This document shows positions 9,946 through 19,209 of a stretch of DNA of 64,000 nucleotides, piece after piece. The DNA comes from Paludibacteraceae bacterium (lineage in GTDB: Bacteria > Bacteroidota > Bacteroidia > Bacteroidales > Paludibacteraceae). Made by a program: the position numbers and the translations under genes. The DNA lies in NCBI GenBank assembly GCA_028694915.1, contig JAQVJY010000002.1:64401-128400 (forward strand), given 5' to 3'. The notes under the pieces were generated by a model. That model did not search any database. It saw only the letters and a list, made by a program, of their open reading frames with translations, and was not told where the DNA came from. The first letter of the stretch is position 1, and each line of letters starts with the position of its first letter.

Positions 9946-11196
9946 TTATTTATGTTGTAATGCTTCGATAGGTTTCACATTAACAGCACGTTTAGCTGGA
10001 ACATAACCTGCCACAACGCCTGCTACGACCAAAATGGCGGTAGCTGCTAACACAACAGTTAAATCGACCGTTGGATTCAAAAAAATATGTGGTTCGTCGG
10101 TTGCCGCGGCTGCATTTTGTGCCAGAATCGACGCCAGGCCTTCCGTGAGTAACACACCCACAACCATACCAATATACCCGAAAATAGTAGTAATGGTAAG
10201 CGATTCCCAAACCACTAAACGCAAAATAGACCTTGGCGATGCGCCCAACGCTTTACGCACACCAAATTCATGTGTGCGTTCCTTCACCGTAATCAGCATA
10301 ATATTACTTACACCAACCACACCAGCTATCAAGGTTCCAATACCAATAATCCAAACAAATAGGGCGATGCCATTAAAAATAGTTTGAGCCTGCATGTAAT
10401 CCGACAAACGGTCTTGAATCCAAATAGCATTTTGGTCGTTGGGGTCGAACTGTAAACGTTGCGATAACATACGACGCAGTTTATTGCTGAAATCGGTACT
10501 CTGTTCTTTATTTTCAATACCTTCAACTACAAACGACACATCATCAATGTATCCTGAAGGATTAAATATAATCTGTGCCGTATTGAGCGGAATATAAAAC
10601 GAAGGAGAACGTCGAGCCGCACCATCTTCGTCATACAAACCGATGACTTGAAACGGAACATGATCGATTTCCACATACTGACCAATAGGATTTTGATTAC
10701 GGAACAGTACTTCAGCTGTCTTAGGATGAATCACTACCACTTTTCGGTTCTGACGATTATCGGCTAAATTAATAAATCGTCCAGAAGTAATTTCCAAACT
10801 ACGCATCACTTGATAATCGGGTTCCACGCCCGACATGGTACTCGACACCACTTCCTTACCATTCACGATGTTAGAACTCCATTTGTTATAAATAGGAGAA
10901 AAAGCCGATACATTAGTTAAATTACGACGTAAGAATTCGATATCACTTTGGGAAAAACGAATGCGACGCCCTTTTTGCATACCGTTGTAAGGCATAGAAG
11001 TAAAACCTGGATACAGCGAAATGGAATTTTTAGACATATACCGAAATCCTTCCATCATACCATTTTGCAAACCATTACCAGCGCCCAACAAAATAATCAG
11101 CATAAAAATACCCCACGAAATAGAAAATCCCGTGAGAAACGTACGCATTTTATTGGCACGAATGGTTAAAAATATTTCCTGAAAAAGGTCTTTCAT
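9946..11196 (-). CDS. ABC transporter permease, MacB/FtsX type
   Basis: Same architecture as the neighbouring permease (KERTHEFGVRKALGAS). Start is trimmed to MKDLFQEIF (ATG 11194-11196), downstream of the ATPase stop at 11213. Confidence 0.85.
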   Translation of the reverse strand: MKDLFQEIFLTIRANKMRTFLTGFSISWGIFMLIILLGAGNGLQNGMMEGFRYMSKNSISLYPGFTSMPYNGMQKGRRIRFSQSDIEFLRRNLTNVSAFSPIYNKWSSNIVNGKEVVSSTMSGVEPDYQVMRSLEITSGRFINLADNRQNRKVVVIHPKTAEVLFRNQNPIGQYVEIDHVPFQVIGLYDEDGAARRSPSFYIPLNTAQIIFNPSGYIDDVSFVVEGIENKEQSTDFSNKLRRMLSQRLQFDPNDQNAIWIQDRLSDYMQAQTIFNGIALFVWIIGIGTLIAGVVGVSNIMLITVKERTHEFGVRKALGASPRSILRLVVWESLTITTIFGYIGMVVGVLLTEGLASILAQNAAAATDEPHIFLNPTVDLTVVLAATAILVVAGVVAGYVPAKRAVNVKPIEALQHK

Positions 11197-11212
11197 ATAC
11201 TGATAAACTCGA

Positions 11213-11896
11213 CTAGAGTTGTTTAATATCCTCAATACTACTAATTAAACCATCTTTAAAATTCACTATTTTATTGGTTTGTTCGGCCACTTCGCGTGCG
11301 TGTGTCACAATTAACATCGTAATACCTTCTTCGCGATTCACTTGACGTAAAATATCCATCACTTCTTGTGACGTGGTACTATCCAAAGCGCCCGTAGGTT
11401 CATCGGCTAAGATAAGACGTGGTTTCGCAATGATGGAACGCGCAATAGCCACACGCTGCTTTTGTCCACCCGACATTTCGCTAGGCAAGTGATCTGCCCA
11501 ATCTTTTAAACCTAAACGGTCGAGATAGTCCAACGCAATAGCATTACGTTTTTTACGCGAAACACCACGATAATATAAAGGTAATGCTACATTTTCGAGT
11601 GCGGTTTTGAAGTTAATTAAGTTGAACGACTGGAACACAAAACCAATCATTTCATTACGAACTTTAGCCGACTGTGTTTCTGTTAAGTCTTTAATTAAAC
11701 GACCATCGAGGTAATAATTACCTTCATCGTAATTATCCAAAATACCAACAATATTGAGTAACGTGGATTTACCAGAACCAGAAGCTCCCATAATGGACAC
11801 AAAATCGCCATCGGCCACGTCCAAATCGACACCTTTCAACACATGCAAGGGCGAACCTGCATAATACGTTTTGTGAATATTTTCAAGATGAATCAT
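11213..11896 (-). CDS. ABC transporter ATP-binding protein (MacB/LolD family)
   Basis: Walker A GASGSGKST, signature SGGQKQR and Walker B LILADEPTGALD. Confidence 0.9.
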   Translation of the reverse strand: MIHLENIHKTYYAGSPLHVLKGVDLDVADGDFVSIMGASGSGKSTLLNIVGILDNYDEGNYYLDGRLIKDLTETQSAKVRNEMIGFVFQSFNLINFKTALENVALPLYYRGVSRKKRNAIALDYLDRLGLKDWADHLPSEMSGGQKQRVAIARSIIAKPRLILADEPTGALDSTTSQEVMDILRQVNREEGITMLIVTHAREVAEQTNKIVNFKDGLISSIEDIKQL

Positions 11897-11952
11897 CTGT
11901 TTATGAATTTAATTAGACTTACCACGTAGATTAATCATTATTATTTCGGCGA

Positions 11953-11960
11953 CAAAGTTA
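11953..11960 (-). promoter_or_regulatory. candidate -7 promoter box (TAACTTTG) for the efflux operon
   Basis: The reverse complement of caaagtta matches TAnnTTTG. It lies 57 nt upstream of ATG 11896 in a 310-bp AT-rich intergenic region. Confidence 0.35.
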
Positions 11961-12149
11961 TGATATATTTTAGTACTATGCAATACAAAATACTATTATT
12001 TTTTATTTTTATATAATAATTCGATGATAATAAGGAATTAATGACTCCTTTTAACTAAACTGTTAACGTCACAAAGTAAGGTATTATTATTTGAAAATCA
12101 AACTATTTTTATCGAAATTCAATAAAAAAATAGTTAAGCTAGTTTAATA

Positions 12150-12185
12150 GACAAAAAAAGCTTCCTCTTTTACGAGGAAGCTTTT
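12150..12185 (-). terminator. rho-independent terminator downstream of the AsmA-like gene
   Basis: Stem aaaagcttcctc / gaggaagctttt with a 6-nt loop, followed on the minus strand by a T-run. Confidence 0.65.
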
Positions 12186-12206
12186 AATTAATAGGGCGTC
12201 AATGCC

Positions 12207-15200
12207 TTATTTGACATTATCTTTTAATGCATCTGCAATAAGTTTCTTCAAGGCCATGGTGCGCTCTTCGGTTGCATTGCGTTTTTCTGGTTTATAGAGA
12301 TTACTGTATTTGGTTTTATCCAATTTAAAACTCATTTGATCCAGATTAGTGGCATTACCTATAATATTTAAAGCCAAACGAATAGGCGACACCGTTTCTA
12401 CATGCGCATTATAATTATGGCTTAAATCGTATCGCGCAGCCACAATGGCCGAATAATTATCCATCGACATCATGAAAGGATAAATATCCACTTCGTTGCG
12501 GAACACAGTAGCTTCAGCGCTAATGCTATCAACCTTATTTTTGGTTTTACGACTAAACAAAAGCGGTTTCGCAATGCGTCCAAATAGTTCGCTATCCAAT
12601 AAAACCAAGTCCTTACCTTCGATAGCGGTAGCACCACGCAACGTAGATATTTTTAAATCATAGTTACCTTTCATGTAAGTTTCACCGGCTATGTGGAATT
12701 GAGCGCGTCCATCAAACGATTTCAGCATCGGGAAAATCGTATCCACATCGGGCACCATGTGAATCAACTTCTTGATGTCGATATTCAACAAATGGAAATC
12801 AAAACCAGCGAACAAATGATCGCGACGGTCGCTACGATAAAGCGCCGTGAGTTGCATTTCGGCAGCTTCGGAGGTAAAACCAATTTGCTCCAAAACCATC
12901 ACGCCATCTTTTATGGTCAATTTGCCACCCACATTTTCCAAAACATTATCGGCATACAGTGCTTTTTTGATTTGTGTATTGAGTGTTACATTCACACCTT
13001 TAGGCACCATAAATGGATTGGGTGCTTGAGCGGACGGTGTGGTAGAAGCCACAGCTGTGGTAGCGGTAGAATCACTAGCACCAAAACCATCCATTAAATC
13101 CATCAATTGATTCAAATTGGTTTGTTCCGATACAAAATCAAATTTCCCTTCGAGCAAGCCTTTACCTTGGGCAAATTTCCGTAAATTGGTTGCTTCGCCT
13201 TTTAATGAGAAATCGGATTGGTCAATAATGACGCGGCTATCATCAATTACAAATTGACGCGGCGTGAAATTAAATTTAATAGTTGGAATGTCAATAGGAT
13301 ACGCCACTGACGCTAACCGAATATGACCATTGTTAAAGTCGACATTTAAACGTGGATTCCAACGTAAATAGGTATTTTCTTGTGTCTCATCATAAGTAGT
13401 AGAGGCTGACACATTCAAATATTTGGTGTCCATTTTCATGGTAGAACCCATATTGGCTACCAGCGCTTGACTCTGATATTTGAGGTTTAATCGTGGGTTT
13501 TTAGGATTACGACGTGATGGCGACAACGTAACCGTTCCTTGTGGATGACGAACGTCTACACTCATCGTATCCATCAATGCTAACAGATGTTGTACGTCAA
13601 AATCGCACGTCATGGACATCATCTTGGTACTATCCATAAAATCGGAAAAGCCCAATTGCAAATCGGCACCGCCCATATCGGCTTTTGCGAAATCCAACAT
13701 TTCCAAATTAGCATTAGGCGTTTTAATACCCATTGAAAGCAATTCGGTGAATTGTTTGTTGGTACGATTACTTGGCAAATTAAAACTCATGGATGCGGTA
13801 GGCGCTTTTACCAACATACTATCTTCGTACACAACATCCAAATCGCGCACGTCGAAGGCACCGCTGGCTTTAATTTTATGTAAATCCATCGCCATAAAAT
13901 CGTCCAATTTAAAACTGGTTTTCACTTCTCCTTTAGCGCGACCTTTCATCGTCACTTTCATACCTTCGGGCAAAAACCACGCCATTTCAGGCAAATTCAA
14001 ATCGCCTTTAATTAGGAAATCACACTTAAAATCGCCCATCAAATCGGTGATATCGCCTTTGGCACGCAACAACGACGTACCTGTTTTTGCGGATAAATCG
14101 GTGATTTTAACCGACGATTTTGCGTTCGGATTCATATCGATAAATACCACAGCCGTACCTTTAACCGATTTCAAAACATATGGGAAACCTTTATAAGCAA
14201 TTGTTCCACGTTCAAAATTGGTAGTAACACTAATTTGTGGCATCAACGAATCGTTATAAATACCTTTCACACTGCCCGAAGCATCGAAATCACTTTCGGC
14301 AGTCAAGTCGGAAAGCATATCGGCATACTCTTTTGGCAATAAGTTTAATACGGTTTTCAAATCCAAGGTGGCCGATGTAAAATTAATATCCATCGGAATA
14401 TCACCATTTTCGGCATATTGTGCCCAACCATCTAACGTTAATTCTTGCTCGTTGATAGTAACTTTGGTTTCGCGAGGCGCAAACTTCAACGTATTCATAT
14501 TGGCGGCAATCGGCCCATCAATCACGATATTAAGCGCTTTGGCATAATCTACGCCATCCATTTTGAATGAGAAATTCGGTAAATGCAATTGCACATCTCC
14601 AGCAAGTTCGGAACCTGTTTTCGTGCCATCAAAAGCGAGTTCCACAGTTGCTAAGTTTGTGCTCATAGAACTGGCAGAATCTTTCATTTCAAAACGCACA
14701 CCAGCCAAGTCGCCTTTCAATTGTGCATCGCCATTTTCGCCGAGAAAAGCGGCATTCATATCCGCATTCATTGTATCGATTGAGCCATACATATGTGCCT
14801 GTTCATCGGTATAAACAAGGCGAAGATTTTTAACGCTGACCGATTCTAACGCCATTTTTCCAAACGAGAACGTAGATGTTGTGGTATCTTCCACTTCCGA
14901 AGGCACCATGATGTCGTAATTGGTTTTTCCTTGCGCATTGGTATAAACATTGGCAACGCCATTTTCTAAATAGAACTGATTTAATATCACATCGTTGTGT
15001 TTCAAAAATGCCATCAAATCGATGGTGGCTGTCAAATCGCCGATGTAAGCAAGTGTGTCCGAAGGAGCGCCCGCCACGGGATTTTTCACACAGACATTGG
15101 TCACATGCAGTCCAAAATGCGGAAACGTCGAAAAGAAAGTCAAATCGACTTGATCCAACGTGGTTTCGCACGTCACAAATTTGGGTAATTGTTGGCGTAC

Positions 15201-15317
15201 AATCGGCGTCAATTTAGCTGGCGTAAATACCAACCAAATAGCTATGGCTGCCACAAGCGATACCACCACGACGAGCGAACCAATTGTCCACGCTACTATT
15301 TTAAATGTTTTTTTCAT
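12207..15317 (-). CDS. AsmA-family (AsmA/TamB/YdbH-like) large envelope protein
   Basis: 1036 aa with a single N-terminal TM anchor (IVAWTIGSLVVVVSLVAAIAIWLVF), followed by a long, beta-rich, repeat-like periplasmic region typical of AsmA-like proteins. Confidence 0.75.
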   Translation of the reverse strand: MKKTFKIVAWTIGSLVVVVSLVAAIAIWLVFTPAKLTPIVRQQLPKFVTCETTLDQVDLTFFSTFPHFGLHVTNVCVKNPVAGAPSDTLAYIGDLTATIDLMAFLKHNDVILNQFYLENGVANVYTNAQGKTNYDIMVPSEVEDTTTSTFSFGKMALESVSVKNLRLVYTDEQAHMYGSIDTMNADMNAAFLGENGDAQLKGDLAGVRFEMKDSASSMSTNLATVELAFDGTKTGSELAGDVQLHLPNFSFKMDGVDYAKALNIVIDGPIAANMNTLKFAPRETKVTINEQELTLDGWAQYAENGDIPMDINFTSATLDLKTVLNLLPKEYADMLSDLTAESDFDASGSVKGIYNDSLMPQISVTTNFERGTIAYKGFPYVLKSVKGTAVVFIDMNPNAKSSVKITDLSAKTGTSLLRAKGDITDLMGDFKCDFLIKGDLNLPEMAWFLPEGMKVTMKGRAKGEVKTSFKLDDFMAMDLHKIKASGAFDVRDLDVVYEDSMLVKAPTASMSFNLPSNRTNKQFTELLSMGIKTPNANLEMLDFAKADMGGADLQLGFSDFMDSTKMMSMTCDFDVQHLLALMDTMSVDVRHPQGTVTLSPSRRNPKNPRLNLKYQSQALVANMGSTMKMDTKYLNVSASTTYDETQENTYLRWNPRLNVDFNNGHIRLASVAYPIDIPTIKFNFTPRQFVIDDSRVIIDQSDFSLKGEATNLRKFAQGKGLLEGKFDFVSEQTNLNQLMDLMDGFGASDSTATTAVASTTPSAQAPNPFMVPKGVNVTLNTQIKKALYADNVLENVGGKLTIKDGVMVLEQIGFTSEAAEMQLTALYRSDRRDHLFAGFDFHLLNIDIKKLIHMVPDVDTIFPMLKSFDGRAQFHIAGETYMKGNYDLKISTLRGATAIEGKDLVLLDSELFGRIAKPLLFSRKTKNKVDSISAEATVFRNEVDIYPFMMSMDNYSAIVAARYDLSHNYNAHVETVSPIRLALNIIGNATNLDQMSFKLDKTKYSNLYKPEKRNATEERTMALKKLIADALKDNVK

Positions 15318-15328
15318 AGTTGATTCTA

Positions 15329-15703
15329 TTATTTTACTTTGATAAAGGTAAACGAAACTCCGAAAACATCTTTATAACTCAATGTGGAGTCGTTAAGTGT
15401 TAAAAGCGTATACGTTTTTGGAATCTTTCCACCCATTTCCATAATGTGAATATGAGTCATAGTAGCACTTTCAACTGACCACGTGAATGGTTGTCCTTCA
15501 GCTTCAGAAACATCTTCACCCGTATCCCAAGTTACACCGTTATAATTGGCATCATAACGATAACACTCAAGACCATTATTAGAAGGTCTTTCCCATTTAC
15601 CAATTAAAAGCGTTTCATCGAACGTAACAGGTGTTTCACACGACGAAAATAGTATCAAAACGATACTAGCCAAAGACGCAGCAATAACTACTAATTTTTT
15701 CAT
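15329..15703 (-). CDS. small lipoprotein with a lipocalin-like domain
   Basis: Signal peptide with lipobox LFSSC. A GKW motif (LLIGKWERP) is typical of the Lipocalin_4-type fold. The gene ends 11 nt upstream of the AsmA-like gene. Confidence 0.6.
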   Translation of the reverse strand: MKKLVVIAASLASIVLILFSSCETPVTFDETLLIGKWERPSNNGLECYRYDANYNGVTWDTGEDVSEAEGQPFTWSVESATMTHIHIMEMGGKIPKTYTLLTLNDSTLSYKDVFGVSFTFIKVK

Positions 15704-15754
15704 AATTTATGCACTAAATAAAGTTGAGTATAACAGATATCCGAAGTCAACACG

Positions 15755-15762
15755 CAAAGTTA
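15755..15762 (-). promoter_or_regulatory. candidate -7 promoter box (TAACTTTG) for the lipoprotein/AsmA-like operon
   Basis: The reverse complement matches TAnnTTTG and lies 52 nt upstream of ATG 15703. Confidence 0.35.
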
Positions 15763-15861
15763 TTCTAAAAAAATCAAAGTAACAAATAACTAGAAAGTTA
15801 TTGTAACAGAGCATCAAAACTATTTTTAATGAAAGGTAATTCTATTATCACCAATTTTTCA

Positions 15862-15869
15862 TACATTTG
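15862..15869 (+). promoter_or_regulatory. candidate -7 promoter box (TACATTTG) for ansA
   Basis: Matches TAnnTTTG and lies 26 nt upstream of ATG 15895. Confidence 0.35.
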
Positions 15870-15894
15870 TGGGCACAAATCAGCTATTTGTACT

Positions 15895-16932
15895 ATGAAA
15901 AACGACAGTTCTGTTCTGCTTATTTTTACCGGTGGCACCATTAGCATGGGCGAAAATCCTGCCACACAATCACTTTCACCACTCGACAGCGCACAAGTGC
16001 TCAGTTTTATTCCAGAGCTCAAAATGTTGCGCGTAAACATCTCTTCGGTGTCGTTCAATCCGCTTATCGATTCGTCGGATATTCAGCCCGAATCGTGGGT
16101 GCGTATCGCTGAAATTATTCGCGACCATTACGATGCATTTGATGGTTTTGTGGTACTACACGGAACAGATACCATGGCTTATTCGTCGTCTGCATTGAGT
16201 TTTATGCTCGAAAATTTGACAAAACCCGTTATTTTTACTGGCTCTCAATTGCCTGTGGGTGTGTTGCGAAGCGATGCGAAAGAAAATTTAATTACCGCCA
16301 TTGAACTCGCTGCTGCCAAAAACGAACGCCACGAAGCGATGGTGCCCGAAGTGTGTCTCTTTTTTGAAGATAAATTGATGCGCGGCAACCGTGCTACCAA
16401 ACGAAATACCGAAGCATTCAATGCGTTTGCGTCGTTTAATTATCCAGAACTTGCCAAAACGGGCGTTCACATAAAATACGCTTCCGCGTACATTCACCAC
16501 GAAACAGAGAAAAAACCATTTGCCATACAAACGCAACTCGATACGAACATTGCGATTCTTAAAATTTTCCCTGGCATTACGGAAGCTACGGTAAACGCCA
16601 TACTTTCTATCGCTGGTTTACGCGCTGTGGTGCTCGAAAGTTTTGGAGCTGGCAATGCGCCACGCGTGGAATGGCTGTTTGAACTCTTAAAACAAGCCAC
16701 CAACAAAGGCATTGTCATTGTGAATGTAACGCAATGCCGAAGCGGCAGTGTGGAAATGGGACGTTACGAAACCAGCATCAATCTGCAAAAAGCAGGCATT
16801 GTAAGTGGATTTGATATGACGTTGGAAGCGACTGTGACCAAACTGATGTATCTGTTGGGACAAACTGAAAATTCGGAAGAAATTCGTCGCCAAATGAGCA
16901 CACCATTACGAGGCGAAGTAACCATCGACTAA
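15895..16932 (+). CDS. ansA: type I L-asparaginase
   Basis: Active-site motifs FTGGTISM and HGTDTM. Start is trimmed to MKNDSSVLLIF (ATG 15895). Confidence 0.9.
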   Translation: MKNDSSVLLIFTGGTISMGENPATQSLSPLDSAQVLSFIPELKMLRVNISSVSFNPLIDSSDIQPESWVRIAEIIRDHYDAFDGFVVLHGTDTMAYSSSALSFMLENLTKPVIFTGSQLPVGVLRSDAKENLITAIELAAAKNERHEAMVPEVCLFFEDKLMRGNRATKRNTEAFNAFASFNYPELAKTGVHIKYASAYIHHETEKKPFAIQTQLDTNIAILKIFPGITEATVNAILSIAGLRAVVLESFGAGNAPRVEWLFELLKQATNKGIVIVNVTQCRSGSVEMGRYETSINLQKAGIVSGFDMTLEATVTKLMYLLGQTENSEEIRRQMSTPLRGEVTID

Positions 16933-16942
16933 ATAACACGAC

Positions 16943-17866
16943 GTGTTTAAGCAATTCTTATATTTTTCGCGTGGGCAGCAAGTTGGCATTCTACTGTTAT
17001 TGGTGCTCATTGTGGTGGTAATAAGCATCAATTTATTACTGCCAAAGTTGGTAACGCCGCCTGTGCCCGATAACGATTCACTGTTCAGAGCACAAGTGGC
17101 AGCCTTCGAAAAATCGTTGGAAAACCTGCCACGCTCCACGTACGAATCGCCATTTGAAAAGCAATCGTATAAATCATTTGGCAGCGAAAAACCGCAAGCA
17201 GAATTGTTTCCGTTTGATCCAAACACGCTCGACTCCGCTGGCTTTGTGCGTTTGGGACTAAAACCATACGTCGCCAAAAACATTGTAAACTACCGATTAA
17301 AAGGCGGAAAATTCAAAACTGCTGACGATTTTGCCAAAGTGTACGGCATGAAACCTGACTATTTTGAGGTATTAAAACCTTACATTCAGATTGCACCAAC
17401 CGCCACACCAGAAACCCCAAAGAAAAAATCGTACGAGCCAGTTTATGTGGATTTAAACCGCTGCGACACCACAGAATTGAAGAACTTACGCGGCATTGGT
17501 AGTGGACGCGCCAAGCAAATTATCAGTTATCGTAAGCGATTAGGCGGTTTTGCATCGCCAGCGCAATTGCTGGAACTGCCAAATTTCCCCGAAAACGTGT
17601 ACACCGAACTCCAACCCTATTTGTCCGCCACCGCCGATTCTATTAAACCGATTTTGGTAAATAAAGCCACCGTAGAAAAGCTGAAAAGTCATCCGTATAT
17701 CAACTTTTACCAAGCCAAAGCCATTTACGAATTACGCCGTGCCAAAGAAGGGCTCCACAGCCTGGACGAACTCAAAGCGTTGCCCGAATTCACGCCTGAC
17801 GACTTACGTAAATTAGCGCCTTACTTGGATTTCCGCGAAATAAAATACACGTACAAAAGGAGATAA
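16943..17866 (+). CDS. helix-hairpin-helix domain protein (ComEA-like, membrane anchored)
   Basis: GTG start, an N-terminal TM helix and repeated HhH motifs (LKNLRGIGSGRAKQIISYR; PYINFYQAKAIYELR). Confidence 0.75.
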   Translation: MFKQFLYFSRGQQVGILLLLVLIVVVISINLLLPKLVTPPVPDNDSLFRAQVAAFEKSLENLPRSTYESPFEKQSYKSFGSEKPQAELFPFDPNTLDSAGFVRLGLKPYVAKNIVNYRLKGGKFKTADDFAKVYGMKPDYFEVLKPYIQIAPTATPETPKKKSYEPVYVDLNRCDTTELKNLRGIGSGRAKQIISYRKRLGGFASPAQLLELPNFPENVYTELQPYLSATADSIKPILVNKATVEKLKSHPYINFYQAKAIYELRRAKEGLHSLDELKALPEFTPDDLRKLAPYLDFREIKYTYKRR

Positions 17867-17917
17867 AAGCCATATATTTGTGAAACATTATTAGAATAGC
17901 TGATTGCTAAAACAAAA

Positions 17918-18664
17918 ATGAAGAAAAATCACGACATTGACACTTACTCAAAATTGGCTGAAGGGGCTAATTTCTATCTGAATGAATCTTTTCACTACAT
18001 AAATGAGTGTATGAAAGCCGAATTAGCCCTTTTTCTTTTTGCTAAGGATTTAGAATCTATAACCCCGACAGATAATGACAAGAAGATTGTTGAAAATCTA
18101 CATCTGCCAGATAATCCCATAGAGTGTCTAAGATCAGATATTTGTGATGTCTTAACAGATGAAACTATTGAAGCAATGTCTAATTCTTGGATTAAATCAC
18201 AATATTTATCAAAAACACAAAATCATAATTTTGAACTCAAACATACTATAAACTCAATAGAAATACTTGGACACCTTAATAATTTTGGATTTTTTATTGA
18301 AATATTAGTAAATCGGCATCTCTTATTTCTAAAACAAATTGATTTAATTGATGATTTAAGTTACGCAAGAATTTCTATGGCTAAAATCATGGAACGATTG
18401 ATTTTTATATTCAAAGAAGACCTTTCAAATAATAAGGTTAATTTGAATGAAATAGTTAATTTATTTAGTCTACGTAATAAAACAGTTCACTACACGCCTG
18501 ATAATGCAATGGCTCTGAGTCCAAAAATTTCAGAAATAATCCAGATTTGGACACAAACTAAAAAAATCATTGAAAAATTTGAGAAAGTGGAAAAATTTAA
18601 AGACTCTAAATTTTCTATTCTGTTAGACGAGAAAATTGATGAATTCAAGAATCAATGGACATAA
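17918..18664 (+). CDS. hypothetical protein with a candidate HEPN-like domain (R-N-x3-H motif)
   Basis: 248-aa ORF in a visibly AT-rich islet, with no signal peptide or TM. The predicted helical C-terminal half carries SLRNKTVHY (R186-x4-H191, nt 18473-18490). Confidence 0.5.
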   Translation: MKKNHDIDTYSKLAEGANFYLNESFHYINECMKAELALFLFAKDLESITPTDNDKKIVENLHLPDNPIECLRSDICDVLTDETIEAMSNSWIKSQYLSKTQNHNFELKHTINSIEILGHLNNFGFFIEILVNRHLLFLKQIDLIDDLSYARISMAKIMERLIFIFKEDLSNNKVNLNEIVNLFSLRNKTVHYTPDNAMALSPKISEIIQIWTQTKKIIEKFEKVEKFKDSKFSILLDEKIDEFKNQWT

Positions 18665-18756
18665 ACAATCTGTGAGAAGACGTAACAAGATTTTACAGAT
18701 GATTTATAGAAGAATTAGCCTTTTTCAAAAGAGATTTAAGAGTGAAATATAAATCC

Positions 18757-19209
18757 TCACACCTTTAACCGCATCCGATACGCCGCCGAGCCATCGTGGT
18801 AATAGGCGGGAATAAGACCGACGGTTTGGAATCCATTTTTCTGGTAAAAGCCAATAGCGGCCGCATTATTTACATTCACTTCTAGGCTGATTTGTTGCAA
18901 CTGCTGTTCACGCGCAAATTGTAGTGTTCTATCGAGCAATAACTGCCCCACGTGTTGTCCTTGAAACGTAGGATCTACCGCAATAGAATAGATGCGTAAA
19001 TTGGTAGAATTCGCGCGACACACCAACGACACATAACCCACCGCACGCGCTTCGTGACACGCCACCAAAAATGCGCCTTGTGCTTTCGTCATCAAATAAG
19101 CCAATTGCCGTTTCGAGAATTGGTCGGCACCAAAACAGGCTTTTTCGAGTGCTACCACATCCGGTAAATGGCTCAATTTACCAGTTTCTATAACACATGC
19201 TGGGGTCAT
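18757..19209 (-). CDS. GNAT-family N-acetyltransferase (RimI-like)
   Basis: 150 aa with acetyl-CoA motif QGQHVGQLLL and ...FYQKNGF. The start overlaps the stop of the upstream ATP-grasp gene as ATGA. Confidence 0.8.
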   Translation of the reverse strand: MTPACVIETGKLSHLPDVVALEKACFGADQFSKRQLAYLMTKAQGAFLVACHEARAVGYVSLVCRANSTNLRIYSIAVDPTFQGQHVGQLLLDRTLQFAREQQLQQISLEVNVNNAAAIGFYQKNGFQTVGLIPAYYHDGSAAYRMRLKV

